A stretch of 62,320 nucleotides of DNA, filler included. It is 5 parts of 5 records of this genome, joined end to end, with 100 filler letters (N's around TTAATTAATTAA, not from the genome) between each part and the next. Parts side by side here need not be neighbours in the genome. Positions count along the whole stretch, not along the records: positions 55,534 to 62,320 come from SRR2962707_5392; 4 more parts are not named here. One strand, 5' to 3'. The translations under genes and the position numbers were made by a program. This document shows, in pieces, positions 59,801 to 62,320 of this stretch. The notes beneath the pieces were generated by a model. It ran no database searches. It had not been told where the DNA came from and saw only the letters and a list, made by a program, of their open reading frames with translations. The stretch's first letter is position 1. Every line of letters starts with the position of its first letter.

Positions 59801-62242
59801 GCAGAGCAAACCGTGGTGAACAAAGCAGCGTGGATCAAGGCTCGTAAGTTTCGAAATCCAGCGGACCCTGCGGGTGGGCGCTTGACGGACCTTTGAAGTC
59901 TGCACGCAGACAAGTTTCGGCTCGTCACAGTCCCAGCATACTTTTGCTGGGAAGCGCGCAGGCCCAAAATCATGGGCAGTGATGCCATGCGTGTCAGCGT
60001 TGTAAACATGCAACTTCGTGTTGGGCTGCTGGCTGTAACTGTCAGTGGACTCCGTGTCGCTCAATATTGCGACACGCGTGCCGTCGCAATTGATTTTGAC
60101 GTCGCGAATTTTTCCCAGTGACTTGTTTGTCTTGAAGTCGACAAATCGCCTGGAACAAGCACGCAATAATGTGGCTGAATGGTTCTTCCCCTCTTTAAGA
60201 ATAGGCGCAAAGGTCTGGACGGACATTGGAAAAAGGCAACAAGACAACTTACGTTCGAGAGCCCATTTGCCGCACAGTTTTGGGGTCTTCTGCGGTGTAG
60301 ATCTTGATAATACCCTGCGTGGTCGCCACGACGATGAAGTGGGAGTTGATGTCAATCACGAAAGGTTTTCCTTCAATCTCCGTGAACGGCAGGCTATCAA
60401 TTTTTTTGCCACCCAGCTTGACCACATCAACATGGTCGCCGTTCACCGCATACCTTTGACAAAGGGCACGTGACCAAACTATCAAAGACAACAGTCGAAC
60501 CTCCGATTCGACACAAACGATGGCTACATGTCATGCGCTCGCAATGATGCGCGGAGGCAACACTCACAGGTGATCATGCTGAAAGCAAAGGGGCCCTTGC
60601 GTGTTCGGCAATTTAGCCCCGCTTTCTTGGCCATCCTCTGCGGCAAAGTCGAAGAGCTCCGCCGAGTTGTTGCCCCAGGCAACGAGCAGCTTGTTGAAGA
60701 CGGCTGCCCCACGGATGGTGGACTGGCACTTGATTTTCTTGGATCCGGGGTCTTCGCTCGAATTGATGGCACCGCTTCCCCATCCCTTGTGCTCGACGTA
60801 GAATTCGGTGGGGGAGAACTGGAACACGGACATGGTCTCGGAGACGCGGCTATGGAGCTCCGTCTCGTTCAGAATAACAAGTTCGCCGCGGCCATCATTA
60901 TCCATGGCAACGGACATCAGCTCCTTGCGAGTTCCCCACTGAAGCCGGTACCTGTTTGTCAGCACGAGCCAACACACCGCAAATCAGGAGCGAAAGCAAG
61001 AGAAATTGAGGAGGCACGCTGAAGCAACGGCCGGTTCAGCACACGCGCGATCGCCAATCCGCAAGCGCAAGCTCATGCCAATCACGACACGAGGGCCATA
61101 GACCATGCCAAGCCAAATAATGAGAGTGGCACGTACAGTTCGCACTCCTCGAAGTGCTTGTGAAAGATAGGTTCCCACAAGTCGGACACTCCGTCGCCAT
61201 CCACGTCGGCGGATTTGCCACTCATGGCACCACTGAACTTCCACATCATTAGGTGACCTTCGTGGGTCGCAACGGCGAGCGTGGAACGCTCTCGGTTGAA
61301 GTCGACGCTGACAATGACATCTTGCTCGCTGACCGCAGGCATGCCGGAGTCTGGGTCGTTGAAGGCGGTGCGAACCGGGAGGACGTAGTTCTCGTTCTTG
61401 AAAATGTCGAGGAAGCGTAAATTGAGCTCGCCTGTGCCGATCATGAGTAGACCGGGGCCCACCCATTCTGCCTGAACTTCGCAACCAGGCTTGGGTTTCA
61501 CGCCTAAGCGCACTTGGCGGAGTTCCTGGGCGCGGTACTGGCCGCGCGTGCCGCTCACGCGTAGATGGAGCAGCTGCAGCGACTCGGTGACGATCATGAT
61601 CTCGCCCGGCTTTTCGCAGGGCAGGATGAAGGACACGGCAGAACTATCGACGGTGCTGTAGACACCTTGGCACCCACCGGAATCATCGCAAATTGCGATC
61701 CCCCCACTCTTACTCCCAACCAGGAAGTTGGAGCTGTCCGGGGAGCCAGCGCCGTTCGTAAGGTCGATGAAGAGCGAGGAGGTGAGCAGACCACCGCCGC
61801 GCTCATACTTGATAATGTGAATGAGGCGGCCTCGGTTGTCACTCTGCCAAACACCGATGGTACCTTCGGTGTCACCGGAGACGAGGCGGCTCCCGTCTTC
61901 GTTCCAGTTGAGCAGCTGCAAGGCGGCGTTCTTGTGAATGACGTTGTCCTCCCGAGTGATCTGCTCTTTCATGTACCAAAGCGAGACCACGCCGTCCGAC
62001 CAGCCACAGGCGAGAATGCGGCGCTTTGGGTGCCACGTGAGCACATTGGCGTCGCCCGGGCGCTTGATGGAATGCTCCAGCATTTGCTGGCCTTCCTCGC
62101 GGAAGAACACGACCTTGGCAGTGGCGAAGCCACGGGTTGCAACGGCCAGAATAGGGTCTTCTTTGGAGTACGACCAGGCGAACACTTTGTCCAGCTCCGA
62201 CCGCCCGACGGTGCATTTGTACTCGAAAAAGAGGGAAGACAT
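56837..62242 (-). CDS. IFT140: Intraflagellar transport protein 140 (9 exons, ~1486 aa)
   Basis: Exons 62242-61137, 60951-60568, 60453-60253, 60149-59891, 59788-59491, 59390-59035, 58942-58289, 58158-57433 and 57313-56837, all with GT-AG introns; 4461 nt in frame. WD40 N-terminus (WHPKRRILACGW); TPR region with VWENM..CVKTKRLDVAEVCLGNM, DRIHLRTT, WWGQYLES and AAKKYTQAG. Confidence 0.93.
56858..56918 (-). repeat. 12-nt coding tandem repeat (E/D-I-G-S) in the IFT140 acidic tail
   Basis: ATTTCACTGCC(A/G) units encode GIGEEIGSDIGSEIGSEIGSD. Confidence 0.7.
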
Positions 62243-62320
62243 GGTGGCGATAGAAAGAAGGAAAAGAAGAAAGAAGAACGAAAAAATGAACAAACACAAA
62301 AATAATAAAAAAAAAAAAAA

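Noticed and set aside
62303-62320. Terminal poly-A as an mRNA tail or retrocopy
   Set aside because: It lies upstream of the minus-strand, intron-containing IFT140 gene and is a genomic homopolymer at the edge of the window.

Overview
The window is not one genome. It is five contigs joined by artificial 100-nt linkers (N44-TTAATTAATTAA-N44) at 16119-16218, 26880-26979, 39132-39231 and 55434-55533; taxon labels below are inferred from gene content and style. (1) 1-16118: Marinobacter-like gammaproteobacterial core region (SAM methyltransferase, DUF2156, murI, nudC, plsB, rsmJ, tsaB, adk, YbaK-HDOD fusion, ppc, two convergent RHH-like paralogues, mazG, partial relA). (2) 16219-26879: intron-rich protist DNA. 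Hand splicing gives one 23-exon gene (16435-25640, about 2366 aa) combining a signal peptide, 2 WW domains, about 14 Cys-rich repeats, 4 PAN-like modules, a bacterial-style lamin-tail domain, a sushi-like module, poly-Pro and a SAM domain; a convergent membrane-protein gene follows. (3) 26980-39131: Devosia-like alphaproteobacterium (xseB, SCO, tlyA, CAP, APH(6)-like kinase, uxaC, GAF-GGDEF-EAL, membrane PQQ dehydrogenase, MarR, DUF4145). (4) 39232-55433: Parvibaculum-like alphaproteobacterium (partial lepA, a CapP/CapH-like pair divergent from a 60-aa YjzC-like gene, pheST, rplT, rpmI, then about 8 kb with ccdAB, a QueG-like Fe-S/SCP2 fusion and MarR before infC). (5) 55534-62320: protist DNA with an AMT1/MTA1-type DNA 6mA methyltransferase and a 9-exon IFT140. 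Best candidates for something undescribed: the CapHP-like switch whose only apparent payload is a tiny YjzC-like protein, the giant mosaic protist protein and its skewed intron positions, and the MarR/Fe-S-SCP2 pair with a directly visible shared operator. No database searches were run; family calls rest on recognised motifs.
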